Positions 39,940 through 50,342 of a DNA stretch of 64,000 nucleotides are shown in pieces; positions within the stretch are counted from its first letter, which is position 1, and each line of letters starts with the position of its first letter. Position numbers and translations under genes: made by a program. Source of the stretch: Patescibacteria group bacterium (GTDB lineage Bacteria; Patescibacteriota; Patescibacteriia; Patescibacteriales; UBA12465); assembly GCA_041651195.1 (NCBI GenBank), contig JBAZJR010000003.1:82441-146440 (forward strand), in the 5' to 3' direction. Under the pieces are notes generated by a model that worked only from the letters and a program-made list of their open reading frames with translations, was not told the origin of the DNA and made no database searches.

Positions 39940-41739
39940 ATGGGCCAAGCAGAAGAGATAAAATCTAAGCTGGATATCGTGGAGGTGATCCGCGAATATG
40001 TGCCGGTCAAGGCGGTTGGCGCGAATTTTCAGGCGCTTTGTCCTTTCCATAACGAAAAGACGGCGTCTTTTGTCATTTCGCCGGAAAAGCAGATTTGGCA
40101 TTGTTTCGGCTGCGGCCGCGGCGGCGACGTTTTCGCTTTCGTGATGGAAAAAGAAGCTTTGGGTTTTATGGAAGCTTTGCGCCTCTTGGCGCCGAAAGCC
40201 GGCGTTGTCTTGAAGCATGAGAACCAGCAGGATTATTCCGAACGCAACCGCCTTTTGGATATCCTGGAACTGGCCGGCAAATATTATGCCCATCTCCTGG
40301 GGACGCCGACCGGGCAAGCCGCCCGCGCCTATCTGGCTCAGCGCGGCCTGACAACGGAAATCATCAATGATTGGCAGCTGGGCTATAGTCCGGATGCCTG
40401 GGATAATTTATATCAATTCTTGAAAGCCCGGCCTTTAAGCGGCAAGAAATATACGGATGAGGAAATTTTTGCCGCCGGACTAATTATCAAGAAAGAGGGC
40501 GGCCGCGGCTATTATGACCGTTTTCGCGATCGGATCATGTTTCCGATCTGGGACGCCAATAATAATATCATTGCTTTTACCGCCCGCGTTAACCCGGCCA
40601 AAGAGAAGACCGAGAAGATGGGTAAATACATCAACAGCCCTCAGACCAAAGTTTATGACAAGAGCCGCGCGCTCTTCGCCCTGAATAAGGCGAAAGCCGC
40701 TATCCGCGAGGCGGATCTAGCGATTGTCGTGGAGGGCCAGATGGACGCTATTGCCTGCCATCAGCATGATTTTAAGAATGTCGTGGCTTCTTCCGGCACG
40801 GCGCTCACGACCGAACAGGTAGCGCTCATCAAGCGTTTTACCAATAATGTCGCCTTGCTCTTCGATATGGACGCGGCCGGTCAATTAGCCGCGGATCGGG
40901 GTATCAAGGAAGTCCTGGCGCAAGAGATGAACCTAAAAATAATCGTCCTAGGTTCCGGCAAGGATCCGGATGAATGCCTGCGTAACGATCCGGACGATTT
41001 CCGGGCGGCCGTAGCGCAAGCTAAGCCGATGTTAGATTATTATTTTACCAAGATCAGCGCGGGCCTGGACCTAGAAGTACTGGATAATAAGCGTTCCGTC
41101 CGCGATCAGATGTTCGCGATGATCAACCTGGTAGCCAATAAGAGCGAGCAGGGCTATTGGCTGAAGAAGATCAGCGAGGATTTAAGCTTCTTTGAAGCTG
41201 ATATCCGGGAAGAATTCTTGAAGTGGCAGAGCAAGCACGGCGTATTAAAGGGCAAGGAAGCGGCTCCGGCCGAGAAAATTTTGGATCAAGCGCCGGAAAG
41301 CAGCCGCGAAGATAAGCTAGCCGAGCTCCTCTTAGCTCTCCTCGTCAAATTTCCGGAATTTATAAATTATAGTGTCAGCAACCTGGAGCCAGAATATCTT
41401 CCCGCTGATTTCGCCAGGTTTTACAAGGGTTTCATAATCTATTATAATAAGACTGCCGCCTTAGATTATGAGAATTTCCGGGCGTATCTGGCCGAGCAGG
41501 GAGGCGGCGACGAAAAATTATTGGATAAGCTGATCCTTTTAGGCGAAAAGGATTTTTATAATTTTGAGCAGCCGCAGATCAAGGCGGAAATCGTCGGGAT
41601 CATCAGTGAGCTGAAGAAATACGGCCGCAAAGCCCGGATCCAGAAGATCCAGCGCGCTATCGCCGCGGCGGAAAAGACAGGTCAGACAGCCGAGATTGAT
41701 CGGCTGATGAATGAATTGAAAGACTTAATGGTCCTATAA
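39940..41739 (+). CDS. dnaG: DNA primase
   Basis: CHC2 zinc finger [11 protein letters not shown]...[17 protein letters not shown] region ([14 protein letters not shown]). Confidence 0.93.
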   Translation: MGQAEEIKSKLDIVEVIREYVPVKAVGANFQALCPFHNEKTASFVISPEKQIWHCFGCGRGGDVFAFVMEKEALGFMEALRLLAPKAGVVLKHENQQDYSERNRLLDILELAGKYYAHLLGTPTGQAARAYLAQRGLTTEIINDWQLGYSPDAWDNLYQFLKARPLSGKKYTDEEIFAAGLIIKKEGGRGYYDRFRDRIMFPIWDANNNIIAFTARVNPAKEKTEKMGKYINSPQTKVYDKSRALFALNKAKAAIREADLAIVVEGQMDAIACHQHDFKNVVASSGTALTTEQVALIKRFTNNVALLFDMDAAGQLAADRGIKEVLAQEMNLKIIVLGSGKDPDECLRNDPDDFRAAVAQAKPMLDYYFTKISAGLDLEVLDNKRSVRDQMFAMINLVANKSEQGYWLKKISEDLSFFEADIREEFLKWQSKHGVLKGKEAAPAEKILDQAPESSREDKLAELLLALLVKFPEFINYSVSNLEPEYLPADFARFYKGFIIYYNKTAALDYENFRAYLAEQGGGDEKLLDKLILLGEKDFYNFEQPQIKAEIVGIISELKKYGRKARIQKIQRAIAAAEKTGQTAEIDRLMNELKDLMVL

Positions 41740-41743
41740 TCTT

Positions 41744-43036
41744 ATGGCAAAAAAATTTTTAAAAAAAATTAAGAAGCATAGCGCGGCGCGTCCGGCCAAA
41801 GCGGTTGCTTCGAGCCGTCCAAAAAAGAGCCAGGGCAGTAAAACAGCTAAGGGCAAGCGGAAGAATAGCCAGAAGAATAAGACCCATCTGATCCGCGGCG
41901 TGAAGATCGCGCGCGCGCGCGAAGAGCGCCAGGCCGTCAAACCGACCGAGGAGCAGATCAGGAAACTGATCGATAAGGGAAGGTTGCGCGGTTTCGTGAC
42001 CGAAACCGAGCTCTTATACCTTTTCCCGGAAGTGGAAGAATATGTCTATGAATTTGATGTCTTTTTGGGCGATCTCCAGAAGAGCGGCGTCCGGATCATG
42101 GAAGACTCCGGCCGGATCTTGGATACGGCGGAGAAGAAAGCGCAGGAGCCGCCCCTGACCGGCAAGGCCCTCGCGCATCAGAACGCTCTGAACATCGACC
42201 TGTCGAAACTGAGCGCCGACTCCATTCAGATGTATCTGAAAGAGATCGGCAAGGTGCCGCTTTTAAGCGGCGATGAAGAAGTCGAGCTTGCCAAGCGCAA
42301 AGAGAAGGGCGACAAGGAGGCGGAGCGGCGGATTATTGAAGCTAATCTGCGCCTAGTCGTTTCGATCGCTAAGAAATTCGCCGGCGCCAAAGGCATGAGT
42401 CTCTTAGACCTGATCCAGGAAGGGAATATCGGCTTGTTCCGGGCCGTTGAGAAGTTCGAATACCGCAAAGGCTTTAAGTTCTCTACCTACGCGACCTGGT
42501 GGATCCGCCAGGCGATCACCCGCGCTTTAGCCGACCAGTCGCGGACTATCCGTATTCCGGTCCATATGGTGGAAAATATCAATAAATTCCAGCAGGTCCA
42601 GCGCAATCTGATCCAAGAGTTGGGCCGCGAGCCTTTAGCCGAAGAGATCGCCTCAGAGATGGGCGAGCCCTTAGAAAAGGTCCGCTATATCATGAAGATT
42701 TCCCAGGACACGATTTCTTTAGAGACGACGATCGGCGATGACGGCGAAGACTCTACCCTGGAAGACTTTATCGAGGATGTGAAGAACGTGACGCCGGATC
42801 GCGCTGCCGCCCTGCAGCTCCTGAGAGATTATGTGAAGAATATCGTCGCCCAGCTCTCGCCGCGCGAACAGAAGATTCTGGAGATGCGCTTCGGGCTGGT
42901 AGATGGCGTCGCCCATACCTTAGAAGAAGTCGGCCAGGAATTCGAGGTCACCCGCGAGCGTATCCGCCAGATCGAGTCCAAGGCCTTGGAGAAGATACGG
43001 AAGTTCAAGGGTTTGGAGAAATTGAGGGATTACTAA
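41744..43036 (+). CDS. rpoD: RNA polymerase sigma-70 factor RpoD
   Basis: Region 2 [37 protein letters not shown], regions 3 and 4 present. Basic N-terminal tail. Confidence 0.95.
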   Translation: MAKKFLKKIKKHSAARPAKAVASSRPKKSQGSKTAKGKRKNSQKNKTHLIRGVKIARAREERQAVKPTEEQIRKLIDKGRLRGFVTETELLYLFPEVEEYVYEFDVFLGDLQKSGVRIMEDSGRILDTAEKKAQEPPLTGKALAHQNALNIDLSKLSADSIQMYLKEIGKVPLLSGDEEVELAKRKEKGDKEAERRIIEANLRLVVSIAKKFAGAKGMSLLDLIQEGNIGLFRAVEKFEYRKGFKFSTYATWWIRQAITRALADQSRTIRIPVHMVENINKFQQVQRNLIQELGREPLAEEIASEMGEPLEKVRYIMKISQDTISLETTIGDDGEDSTLEDFIEDVKNVTPDRAAALQLLRDYVKNIVAQLSPREQKILEMRFGLVDGVAHTLEEVGQEFEVTRERIRQIESKALEKIRKFKGLEKLRDY

Positions 43037-43037
43037 T

Positions 43038-44054
43038 ATGAAGCCGACGGTAGTCTTTTCCAAACATTATACCCGAGATACCTCTCTCATTATCCAACAA
43101 TTCTGGCTGGAGAGTCTGAGCCAGGGCGTCAGGAGATTAGGTATCAATATTAGGCAGCCAGTAGGAGTTGATTTTGTAAATAACGGCGTCATTGAAATCT
43201 GGGAGGACCGAATAACTATCCGACAGATCAAATCAGGATTAGTAGATTTTTGCCGACAAGAGCCGCAGCAGGCCCTTGCTTTATTAAAGAGATATCAGGC
43301 GGGGCTCAAAGACTTGCAATCTGTCTGGCGCCGCGGCTATCTGGAAAATTTAAATACTTTTAATCAATATTTAGCCGAGGTCAGGAGCTTAGTAATCGGC
43401 GATCTGTTTATTGCTTTCATGGGTCCGGAGGAACGTGTAAAAGGTAGAGTTAAGGCAGTCGCCCTGCGTCTGAGGAGCGAGGACCATTTCTTTGCTTATA
43501 ATAATCGAGTAATGATGGCAACTTTGCACCGTCTCTTCCCGCATTTGAAATCTTATGTGAATGTTTTGCGCCTTGAAGATCTTGATAAGCCACCGACATT
43601 AGCCGAGTGCCGCCGCCGTTTCCAGAAATTCATCTCAGCGCCGGACGGTTACCATAAGATCCAGAGCCTAGCTGCTTATGCTCGGAGCCGCGGCTATATC
43701 CTAGCTAAAGATGAACCGGAAAGAATAAAAGGCGGATTGCTTGGCCGTACGGCGATGCCAGGACAGGCTAAGGGTCGGGCCAAATTAGTATTTTCTGTTC
43801 GGGATTCTTTCAAAGTCAGGCGCGGAGACATCATTATTTCCCCGATGACTACGCCTGAGATGTTACTGGCTATGAAGAAGGCGGCAGCGATAGTGACGGA
43901 TGAGGGTGGCGTTATCTGCCATGCGGCGATAGTCGCCAGGGAGATGAAGAAACCCTGCCTGATAGCGACCAGGACTGCGACTAAGGTCTTTAAAGATAAT
44001 GAACTGATCATGGTCGATGCCGGAGCCGGGACAGTCCGGAGGGTCGGTAAATAG
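43038..44054 (+). CDS. PEP-utilising-enzyme mobile (phosphohistidine) domain protein
   Basis: C-terminal about 100 aa: GRAKLVFSV...RGDIIISPMTTPEMLLAMKKAAAIVTDEGGVICHAAIVAREMKKPCLI matches PEP-utilisers swivel domain with catalytic His. N-terminal about 220 aa unknown. Confidence 0.65.
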   Translation: MKPTVVFSKHYTRDTSLIIQQFWLESLSQGVRRLGINIRQPVGVDFVNNGVIEIWEDRITIRQIKSGLVDFCRQEPQQALALLKRYQAGLKDLQSVWRRGYLENLNTFNQYLAEVRSLVIGDLFIAFMGPEERVKGRVKAVALRLRSEDHFFAYNNRVMMATLHRLFPHLKSYVNVLRLEDLDKPPTLAECRRRFQKFISAPDGYHKIQSLAAYARSRGYILAKDEPERIKGGLLGRTAMPGQAKGRAKLVFSVRDSFKVRRGDIIISPMTTPEMLLAMKKAAAIVTDEGGVICHAAIVAREMKKPCLIATRTATKVFKDNELIMVDAGAGTVRRVGK

Positions 44055-44194
44055 CTGATTATATAGGAAGAACTAAGGGACGGAGGGCAGTTATTGACAT
44101 AATAGGGTGATTTGCTATCATATTAGTAAATATTTCGTTGAAATATTTTGTTTTTTAGAGAGCGCCGTTGGGCGCTCAAGAGACAATTTAATAT

Positions 44195-44266
44195 TCCCGG
44201 GTAGCGCAGCGGTAGCGCAGTTGGCTGTTAACCAATTGGTCGTCGGTTCGAATCCGACCCCGGGAG
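44195..44266 (+). tRNA. tRNA-Asn (anticodon GUU)
   Basis: Cloverleaf folded by hand: acceptor TCCCGGG/CCCGGGA, D-stem GCGC with GG loop, anticodon stem GTTGG/CCAAT with loop CTGTTAA (anticodon GTT), T-arm GTCGG-TTCGAAT-CCGAC, discriminator G. Confidence 0.9.
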
Positions 44267-44267
44267 C
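44247..44267 (+). repeat. attL core: 3' end of tRNA-Asn, direct repeat of 51422-51442
   Basis: 21-nt TTCGAATCCGACCCCGGGAGC identical at both sites. Confidence 0.85.
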
Positions 44268-44276
44268 ATAGAAAAG

Positions 44277-44304
44277 ACGAGAGTAAAATCTCGTTTTTTC
44301 TTTT
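44277..44304 (+). terminator. tRNA terminator hairpin
   Basis: ACGAGA-GTAAAA-TCTCGT followed by TTTTTT. Lies between tRNA end and integrase stop codon. Confidence 0.5.
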
Positions 44305-44306
44305 GT

Positions 44307-45449
44307 TCACGGGCGTATTTCTCGTTTTGACCAATCGGAATTTTGAACCCCCAAATTCTCGATTGTGACGCTATTGTGCCGTAAGTTTATAACTTGTGGC
44401 GTTTCTAACACTTTTATTGCGTCTCTTAAAGTGTGTTGTCCTAAATGCGCATAACGCATAGTCGTTCTAATGTCCGAGTGACCCATTAACTCTTTTATAG
44501 CGGTCATAGAGACCCCTTTCTCGGCTAATCGGGAGGCAAAGGTATGTCTGAGCTTATGCCAACCGATTTGGCGTAATTTTGCCTTATCACAAATCATGTG
44601 AATATTTGTCCGAGAGCATTCCGGTCGAAATCTTAATCCGTCCGGGCCTTTCAAAACAAAACCCTCTTTCGGCGATAAAGCGATTAGGTGATTATACAGG
44701 TCTTGCGTCATGGGAATATATCTAATCTTATTGCCTTTAGTCGAGCCTAAAACTCCGACCGAGAAATTGTCTTTGACTATAACTTGCTTTTTAAGGAAAT
44801 CAATCTTTTCCCAATTTAAGGCCATGAGTTCGCCGATACGCATTCCGGTATGTAGAGCCAAGAGAATCGCTGTCTTATAAGGCTCGGAAGCGGTCGCCAG
44901 TAAGCGATTAGCCTCTTCCTCGTTTAAGTAATCAAACTCTTCCGGGTCAGAGCGCAGAGGTCGAATTATTGGCACTTTATCTAGTTCGCCCCATTCGACA
45001 GCCGTTTTAAGACATTTCGCTAAAGTTCCCATTTGGCCGTTAATAGTTTTAGGCTTTAACCTTTTTAATTGCAGAGCTTTAAACTCTTCAATATCGAGGC
45101 TAGAAATCTCGTCTAATCTTTTTTTGCCGAAGAACGGCAAGAGGCATGATCTTAGATAAGTCTTTTTATTCTTAATTTCCGAGGGCTTATTATTAACTTC
45201 GACATACGACTTAACCCATTTTTCGGAAAATTCTTTGAGGGTTAAACATTTCCTTTTTTCTTTCGGAAATAAATCTTCGCCCCTGGTTAGCCGTTGCCTT
45301 AAAACCGCTTCATAAAATTGAGCCCCGGATCGAGTATTGGTTGGACTCGGTAGGCGGTATCTTCGCGCCTTAAAGCTGAAGTCCACCCACCATTTATTTG
45401 CACGCTTGATTGCACTCATAAATAATTTACTTAAATTTTTAAGGAGCAA
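44307..45449 (-). CDS. tyrosine-type site-specific integrase (phage integrase family)
   Basis: C-terminal catalytic box HTGMRIGEL...HKLRHTFASRL...GHSDIRTTMRYAHL (R..H..R..Y). 3' end abuts tRNA-Asn. Alternative start at Met11 (45419). Confidence 0.9.
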   Translation of the reverse strand: MLLKNLSKLFMSAIKRANKWWVDFSFKARRYRLPSPTNTRSGAQFYEAVLRQRLTRGEDLFPKEKRKCLTLKEFSEKWVKSYVEVNNKPSEIKNKKTYLRSCLLPFFGKKRLDEISSLDIEEFKALQLKRLKPKTINGQMGTLAKCLKTAVEWGELDKVPIIRPLRSDPEEFDYLNEEEANRLLATASEPYKTAILLALHTGMRIGELMALNWEKIDFLKKQVIVKDNFSVGVLGSTKGNKIRYIPMTQDLYNHLIALSPKEGFVLKGPDGLRFRPECSRTNIHMICDKAKLRQIGWHKLRHTFASRLAEKGVSMTAIKELMGHSDIRTTMRYAHLGQHTLRDAIKVLETPQVINLRHNSVTIENLGVQNSDWSKREIRP

Positions 45450-45598
45450 TACAAGAGCGCGGGGGTTCGCGTCAATTATTATTACTTTATCACAGGCTCT
45501 TAATTGCTGTCTATTTTAGGAATTATCTTGAAAATAGACACTTTGGTTCTTAAGTGTGCATATAATCAAGTTAATGATGTATATATTATTAAATTAGG

Positions 45599-45632
45599 AT
45601 TAGACCTTGCTTAGCCAAGCGTTAGGTCTAAT
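45599..45632. repeat. hairpin (8-bp stem ATTAGACC/GGTCTAAT)
   Basis: Inverted repeat in int-cargo intergenic region. Confidence 0.4.
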
Positions 45633-45644
45633 GTTTATCCGATC

Positions 45645-45701
45645 GCGTTTTTCTTTTTTCGGCTCGCTAGCAGAGCTCGCCGAAAAAAAGAAAAAAAGCG
45701 C
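45645..45701. repeat. long imperfect palindrome (bidirectional terminator-like)
   Basis: GCGTTTTTCTTTTTTCGGC...GCCGAAAAAAAGAAAAAAAGCGC arms around a GC core, symmetric A/T runs. Confidence 0.5.
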
Positions 45702-45726
45702 GTGCCGGAATAAACTATTAATAATC

Positions 45727-46010
45727 TAACCGATTGGGCTTGACCAAAATCTACGTAAAGATTTAGGTCAAGAAATTAGCCTTATTATTTCTAATCCTAG
45801 CAAATCAAAGTTACCGAAAGTTACGGGTAAAATTTAGGGTAAGAAAACGAGCTTATTTAATCTAATATTAAACAATCGAACTTTGACCATCTTCGGTCGA
45901 AAGAACGGTCAAAGAATTAGCTGTATTCTATTTGATGTTAGCAAAACAGGTTTGGATAAAATTTGGCTAAAGGTTTGGTCTAAGTTTTTTAATAAAAATC
46001 CAATAAAATT
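45727..46010 (+). repeat. four degenerate ~70-bp tandem repeats, each a hairpin followed by GGTCAAG-AAATTAGC-like box
   Basis: Units start about 45727, 45796, 45867, 45941. Recurring TTGACC...GGTCAAG(A)AATTAGC..TATT..TCTAAT/GTTAGCAAAA elements. Followed by strong hairpin AAACGTAAAT-GCACGTGCAG-ATTTACGTTT (46017-46046). Confidence 0.45.
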
Positions 46011-46225
46011 CTACAATATTAAAATAAACGTAAATGCACGTGCAGATTTACGTTTAGTTTTTAGGCTTATTTTTGATCTAATTTTTTTGACTTTTGAGAT
46101 CCTGGGTGGTATATTTTAAGTATATTTTTAGTGTTATCAGGGGCATGTCAATGCCTATTTCGAGGGATTAGTTCTAATTGGTTTGTTGATCGAAATAAAA
46201 TTAGCAAAAAGAATTCTTAAATTAT

Positions 46226-47758
46226 ATGAAAAAACAAACACTATCAAATGAGGCAACCGTAGTGAAGGCTTTAAAAGTCAATCAATGGCTTGATGTTTGG
46301 AAATCGGTTGATTTTGCTAAAAAAAATCATCGCAGAGAACCTGAAAAATGTTTTTACATTTTTTCATTATCTGCCAGACAGTTGCGCTCTTTGTCTGGAG
46401 TAAATCGTAGAGACGTAAAAGATGGGGTAAAAAGATCTCGCGATTTAGGAATACAGCGAGCTCATGAGCAATCTCGTTCTAGGAATATTGCTGAGTATAT
46501 TAAATATGGTTACCCATGGTCAGATTTAAGTAAATCTCAACGTGAAGATATTAGATTTAATGATCTCCGCAAACCAGGTTGGTTGCCAACTGCTATTGTG
46601 GTAAATATATTAACAAAAGATGACAGACGTAATGGGTTAGGTGTTGCGTCAAAGGATTTAATAACTATAAATAATAATGATAATAATGAATTTGTAGAAA
46701 TTAAAATACCAATGTCAAAGAGTAATAAGAAGTGGATCTCTGAGCAGGTTTTACCCCTAGAAGTTATTGATGGCCAACATAGATTACTGGCCTTTGATGA
46801 AAATATCGATGAAGATTATGAATTGCCGGTTGTTGCTTTTTATGGTTTAGATTTGAGCTGGCAAGCATATTTATTTTGGACTATAAATATAAAACCAAAA
46901 AGAATTAATCCCAGTCTTGCTTTTGATTTATATCCTCTTTTACGCACTGAAGATTGGTTAGATAGATTTGAAGGACATAAAGTTTATCGAGAAGCAAGGG
47001 CTCAAGAAATAGTAGAATCACTATGGTCTGAACCAATGAGTGCTTGGTATCATCGTATAAATATGTTAGGAGAAAGCGGGATTGCTTCCGTCACTCAGGC
47101 AGCCTGGATAAGAGCATTACTAAAAACATATATTAAAACTTCCGAAGGTAGAGGGGTAACTATAGGGGGTTTATTTGGGGCTCCGGCTGGTCACGATGAA
47201 ATGACTATACCTTGGAATCGTAGTCAACAGACCGCTTTATTAATTTATCTTTGGAATTCCATAGAAAAATTTACTAAAGAAACGTCGGCACTATGGACAA
47301 AAAAAATAAGAGCAACTGAATACAAACGTAAAATAAAAGGTGATCCAGCATTTTCTGGGCCGCATACACTTTTAAATAATGATCAAGGTATTTCAGTTGT
47401 TCTTAATATTTCAAATGACCTATTATTTTTAAATGCGGAAACGCTACAGCTTAAAAAATGGCGAGTTAGTCAAGAGTTTGGAGTATCAGAGGCCCTTGAA
47501 GATTTAATTAAAAAACAAAAAGATATTATTTTGTTTGTGAATAAAATTGCAAAAGCATTTACAACTTTTGACTGGAGATCTTCTGGGGCGGAAAAACTTA
47601 CAGACTCCGAAAGAACTCTTAAACTTTCATTTCGCGGCGGTAGCGGCTACAGAGAGTTTAGACGATTATTGCTTAAACATTTAATGAAAAATAGCGATTT
47701 AGCCGCCGACGCAAAGACAATTTTCAATAATCTTGGATTTGAGGAAGACTCTAATTGA
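46226..47758 (+). CDS. DGQHR-domain protein (DndB-like, ParB/Srx-fold superfamily)
   Basis: Exact DGQHR motif at residues 182-186 (nt 46769-46783) in context PLEVIDGQHRLLAF. 510 aa. First gene of island cargo operon. Confidence 0.65.
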   Translation: MKKQTLSNEATVVKALKVNQWLDVWKSVDFAKKNHRREPEKCFYIFSLSARQLRSLSGVNRRDVKDGVKRSRDLGIQRAHEQSRSRNIAEYIKYGYPWSDLSKSQREDIRFNDLRKPGWLPTAIVVNILTKDDRRNGLGVASKDLITINNNDNNEFVEIKIPMSKSNKKWISEQVLPLEVIDGQHRLLAFDENIDEDYELPVVAFYGLDLSWQAYLFWTINIKPKRINPSLAFDLYPLLRTEDWLDRFEGHKVYREARAQEIVESLWSEPMSAWYHRINMLGESGIASVTQAAWIRALLKTYIKTSEGRGVTIGGLFGAPAGHDEMTIPWNRSQQTALLIYLWNSIEKFTKETSALWTKKIRATEYKRKIKGDPAFSGPHTLLNNDQGISVVLNISNDLLFLNAETLQLKKWRVSQEFGVSEALEDLIKKQKDIILFVNKIAKAFTTFDWRSSGAEKLTDSERTLKLSFRGGSGYREFRRLLLKHLMKNSDLAADAKTIFNNLGFEEDSN

Positions 47759-47773
47759 TATATATACAACATA

Positions 47774-49141
47774 ATGGCCATAAATCCGCTTAAAGAATCT
47801 CTAAGAAATGCTTCTCGTGACTCTATTAAAGAGGCGATTAAAAATCTTCGTCCTCATTTTTTGTCTGGGCAATGGATTGGAACAGGTAATATTTATGCTA
47901 AATATTATAAAACGAATGCCTATAAAGATCTTCTTACGCGACGTTCTAGTTTAAAAGATAAACAAATTAAGGATTATATCGCGGCATCTGTTTTTAACCA
48001 TTGTGGCGATGGTTGGAGTCTGCTTGGACGAGCGCTTAGTCTACATATTAAGGGGGATGGTAATAGCTCTATTCATCTTGCTTATTATGCTGAACTAAGA
48101 GCAGCGATGTCTTTACTCGCATCTGAAGGTATCGGTGTTTTTAACAACCGACATGTTATTGTAAAAGATGGGGCTGTTGATCTTACTCCAAGTCTCAAGA
48201 GAAAAAATCGTAGTCTAGGAAGGACACATCAATTTGTTTGGATGGCCCTAGAACATTGGACAGATAGAAGATTATCAGCGGATACATTGGCTAATATCAT
48301 TTGTCCTGGATCAATTACTCTTTTTGAATGGTTAGATGCTTTCGGTGTTGCCAATAACATTCATCCAATTGGTAGCAAGTGGATGAGGTTATGGGGCATT
48401 GATATTAAACAATTCGGTGACGACCAAATATTACGAAATTATTCCAGTTATAGACCATCTAGAATACTTCCAAAATCAAATACAACCGCCCCACATTCGC
48501 TTGCTTTTTTTAGCGAACTTTGGCGTATGTGTGAGCCAAGCCCGTCATCCAGATTTAATGAAATTGATAAACATCTTTTAAGATCTAGTTTGTCACAAGC
48601 GTATAAGGCGGTATATGGTATAGAGCCTCACACGTCGACAAATCTAGATGATTATAGGGCTTGGATTGAAAAAAAAATTATAACTCTCAACTTCTCAGCG
48701 CCAGTACAAAAAGAATGGGTTAATTTTCTTACATGGGCCATACAGCCAGATGACTCAAAAATTATTGAGGAAGCGGGTAAGTTTACTTCTGTTGATGATC
48801 CAAGCCATCATTTACAAGTACTCGCAAGAGCTACACTTTTATTAAGAATTTCTACTGGTATTAACGCAAAGTTACTTAAGGAGGCCGGTTTTACAAAAAA
48901 AGATTTAGAATTTTGGTGGGGACCGTATGCTGTCGATAATGGAATAATTAAAAATGCTGGCGCTATATCTAATTTTTTAGATCTTTGGGATGATGTTAAT
49001 ATAGCTCTTCAAGATATAATGGTTTGGGAAAAATCACAAAGTAAAAATTATACTTATAGCGATTTAGTAATGGATATCTCTAAGCCAATTTTAAGATTAA
49101 GTGAGTGTGAGCGAATATCTCTGTGGGGTCTAGGAATATGA
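47774..49141 (+). CDS. hypothetical protein (455 aa), partner of DGQHR protein
   Basis: 15 nt after previous stop. Stop overlaps next start (ATGA at 49138-49141). No motif recognised. Confidence 0.5.
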   Translation: MAINPLKESLRNASRDSIKEAIKNLRPHFLSGQWIGTGNIYAKYYKTNAYKDLLTRRSSLKDKQIKDYIAASVFNHCGDGWSLLGRALSLHIKGDGNSSIHLAYYAELRAAMSLLASEGIGVFNNRHVIVKDGAVDLTPSLKRKNRSLGRTHQFVWMALEHWTDRRLSADTLANIICPGSITLFEWLDAFGVANNIHPIGSKWMRLWGIDIKQFGDDQILRNYSSYRPSRILPKSNTTAPHSLAFFSELWRMCEPSPSSRFNEIDKHLLRSSLSQAYKAVYGIEPHTSTNLDDYRAWIEKKIITLNFSAPVQKEWVNFLTWAIQPDDSKIIEEAGKFTSVDDPSHHLQVLARATLLLRISTGINAKLLKEAGFTKKDLEFWWGPYAVDNGIIKNAGAISNFLDLWDDVNIALQDIMVWEKSQSKNYTYSDLVMDISKPILRLSECERISLWGLGI

Positions 49142-50337
49142 AATACATGGGTTCAAAACGTTTTATGTTAAACAATGGGCTCGGGGATTTACTCCGCGAG
49201 CAGCTTCCTCGTGCAAATAGATTTATCGATCCATTTTGTGGCTCTGGAGGTATAATAAATTTTGTGGCTACAGATCAAAATTTTAAAGGAGAAATTATCG
49301 CTGGTGATCTGCAAAAATATGCTGTCGTCCTAGCTAAAGCCGTGATTGGACGAACTGAAATATTTGATGTTGAATATTTAAAAAATATTTGGATAGAAGA
49401 AGCAAAAAAAGGCTTAAATTCTTCAAAATTTTTAAATAGAATTGATGAAATCGATAAAAAATATCATAACGATATTAAACTAAGAGTAAAAAAAGCGAGA
49501 AAGCTTTGCGAATCTCCATCTCAAATCGGTCCTATTTGGAATGCCTATGGCGGCCACTATTTTAGTCCAAAGCAAGCGCTGGTACTCGACTATCTTTTAA
49601 AAACATTACCCAAACAAACTAAATACAGAAATGTTTGTTTGGCTGCTATAATTATTGCTGCCTCGAGAGCCGCCGCTTCTCCTGGCCACACCGCGCAACC
49701 TTTTCAGCCAACAAAAGGAGCTGGAAAATTTATTGAAATTTCATGGCACATAGATATTTTTAAATCTTGTGAAACTGCCCTAAAAGAGATCTCTATTTTA
49801 TATGCCAAGATAAAAGGAAAAGCGGTTGTTTCTGATGCAAAAAAGCTTATATCAAAATTAAAAAAGGGAGATCTGGTCCTTCTTGACCCACCTTATTCAG
49901 GCGTACAATATAGTCGCTTTTACCATGTACTTGAAACAATCGCCCGTGGTTATTGTGGAGAGATAACAGGGATTGGGCGTTATCCGGCTATTTCTGAACG
50001 TCCACAATCAGAATTTAGCAACGCAGGACAATCTCTTAAAGCGCTAGAACAGCTTTTGTCAGATTTATCAAAAAAAGAAGCTACGGTTATTTTTACTTTT
50101 CCCAAGGGTAGATGTAGTAATGGCTTGTCAGGAGATAAAGTTATTGAATTAGCAAGTAAATATTTTAATCTAGATAAAAATAAAAGCCGAATTCATGAGC
50201 ATGTTATTACAGGTAGATTTAGCACTCTGGGTGGCAACAATAAGCTTAATAAAAATAATCATGAAAAAAAGTCAAGGGTAAAGTCAGAAGAACTAGTATT
50301 ACTTTTAAAACCAAAAACTATTCAGCATAAAAAATAA
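49138..50337 (+). CDS. Dam-family (D12 class) N6-adenine DNA methyltransferase with C-terminal extension
   Basis: N-terminal KYMGSKRFML (cf. Dam KWAGGKRQLL), AdoMet motif I FIDPFCGSGGI, catalytic DPPY (LLDPPYSG, nt 49885-49896). ATG 49138 preferred over the track's upstream GTG at 49123. Confidence 0.7.
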   Translation: MKYMGSKRFMLNNGLGDLLREQLPRANRFIDPFCGSGGIINFVATDQNFKGEIIAGDLQKYAVVLAKAVIGRTEIFDVEYLKNIWIEEAKKGLNSSKFLNRIDEIDKKYHNDIKLRVKKARKLCESPSQIGPIWNAYGGHYFSPKQALVLDYLLKTLPKQTKYRNVCLAAIIIAASRAAASPGHTAQPFQPTKGAGKFIEISWHIDIFKSCETALKEISILYAKIKGKAVVSDAKKLISKLKKGDLVLLDPPYSGVQYSRFYHVLETIARGYCGEITGIGRYPAISERPQSEFSNAGQSLKALEQLLSDLSKKEATVIFTFPKGRCSNGLSGDKVIELASKYFNLDKNKSRIHEHVITGRFSTLGGNNKLNKNNHEKKSRVKSEELVLLLKPKTIQHKK

Positions 50338-50342
50338 AATTT

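Noticed and set aside
45727-46010. Possibility that the tandem repeats are a CRISPR array
   Set aside because: Units are about 70 bp and degenerate, with no alternating conserved repeat and unique spacers of regular length. No cas genes nearby.
45883-46119. 78-aa ORF in the island intergenic region
   Set aside because: Lies entirely within the degenerate hairpin/repeat array. Low-complexity hydrophobic product, no start context. More likely non-coding structured DNA.
49123-49137. Upstream GTG start for the methyltransferase (track start 49123)
   Set aside because: ATG at 49138 gives the canonical ATGA stop/start overlap with gene B, and starts the protein at the Dam-like KYMGSKR motif.
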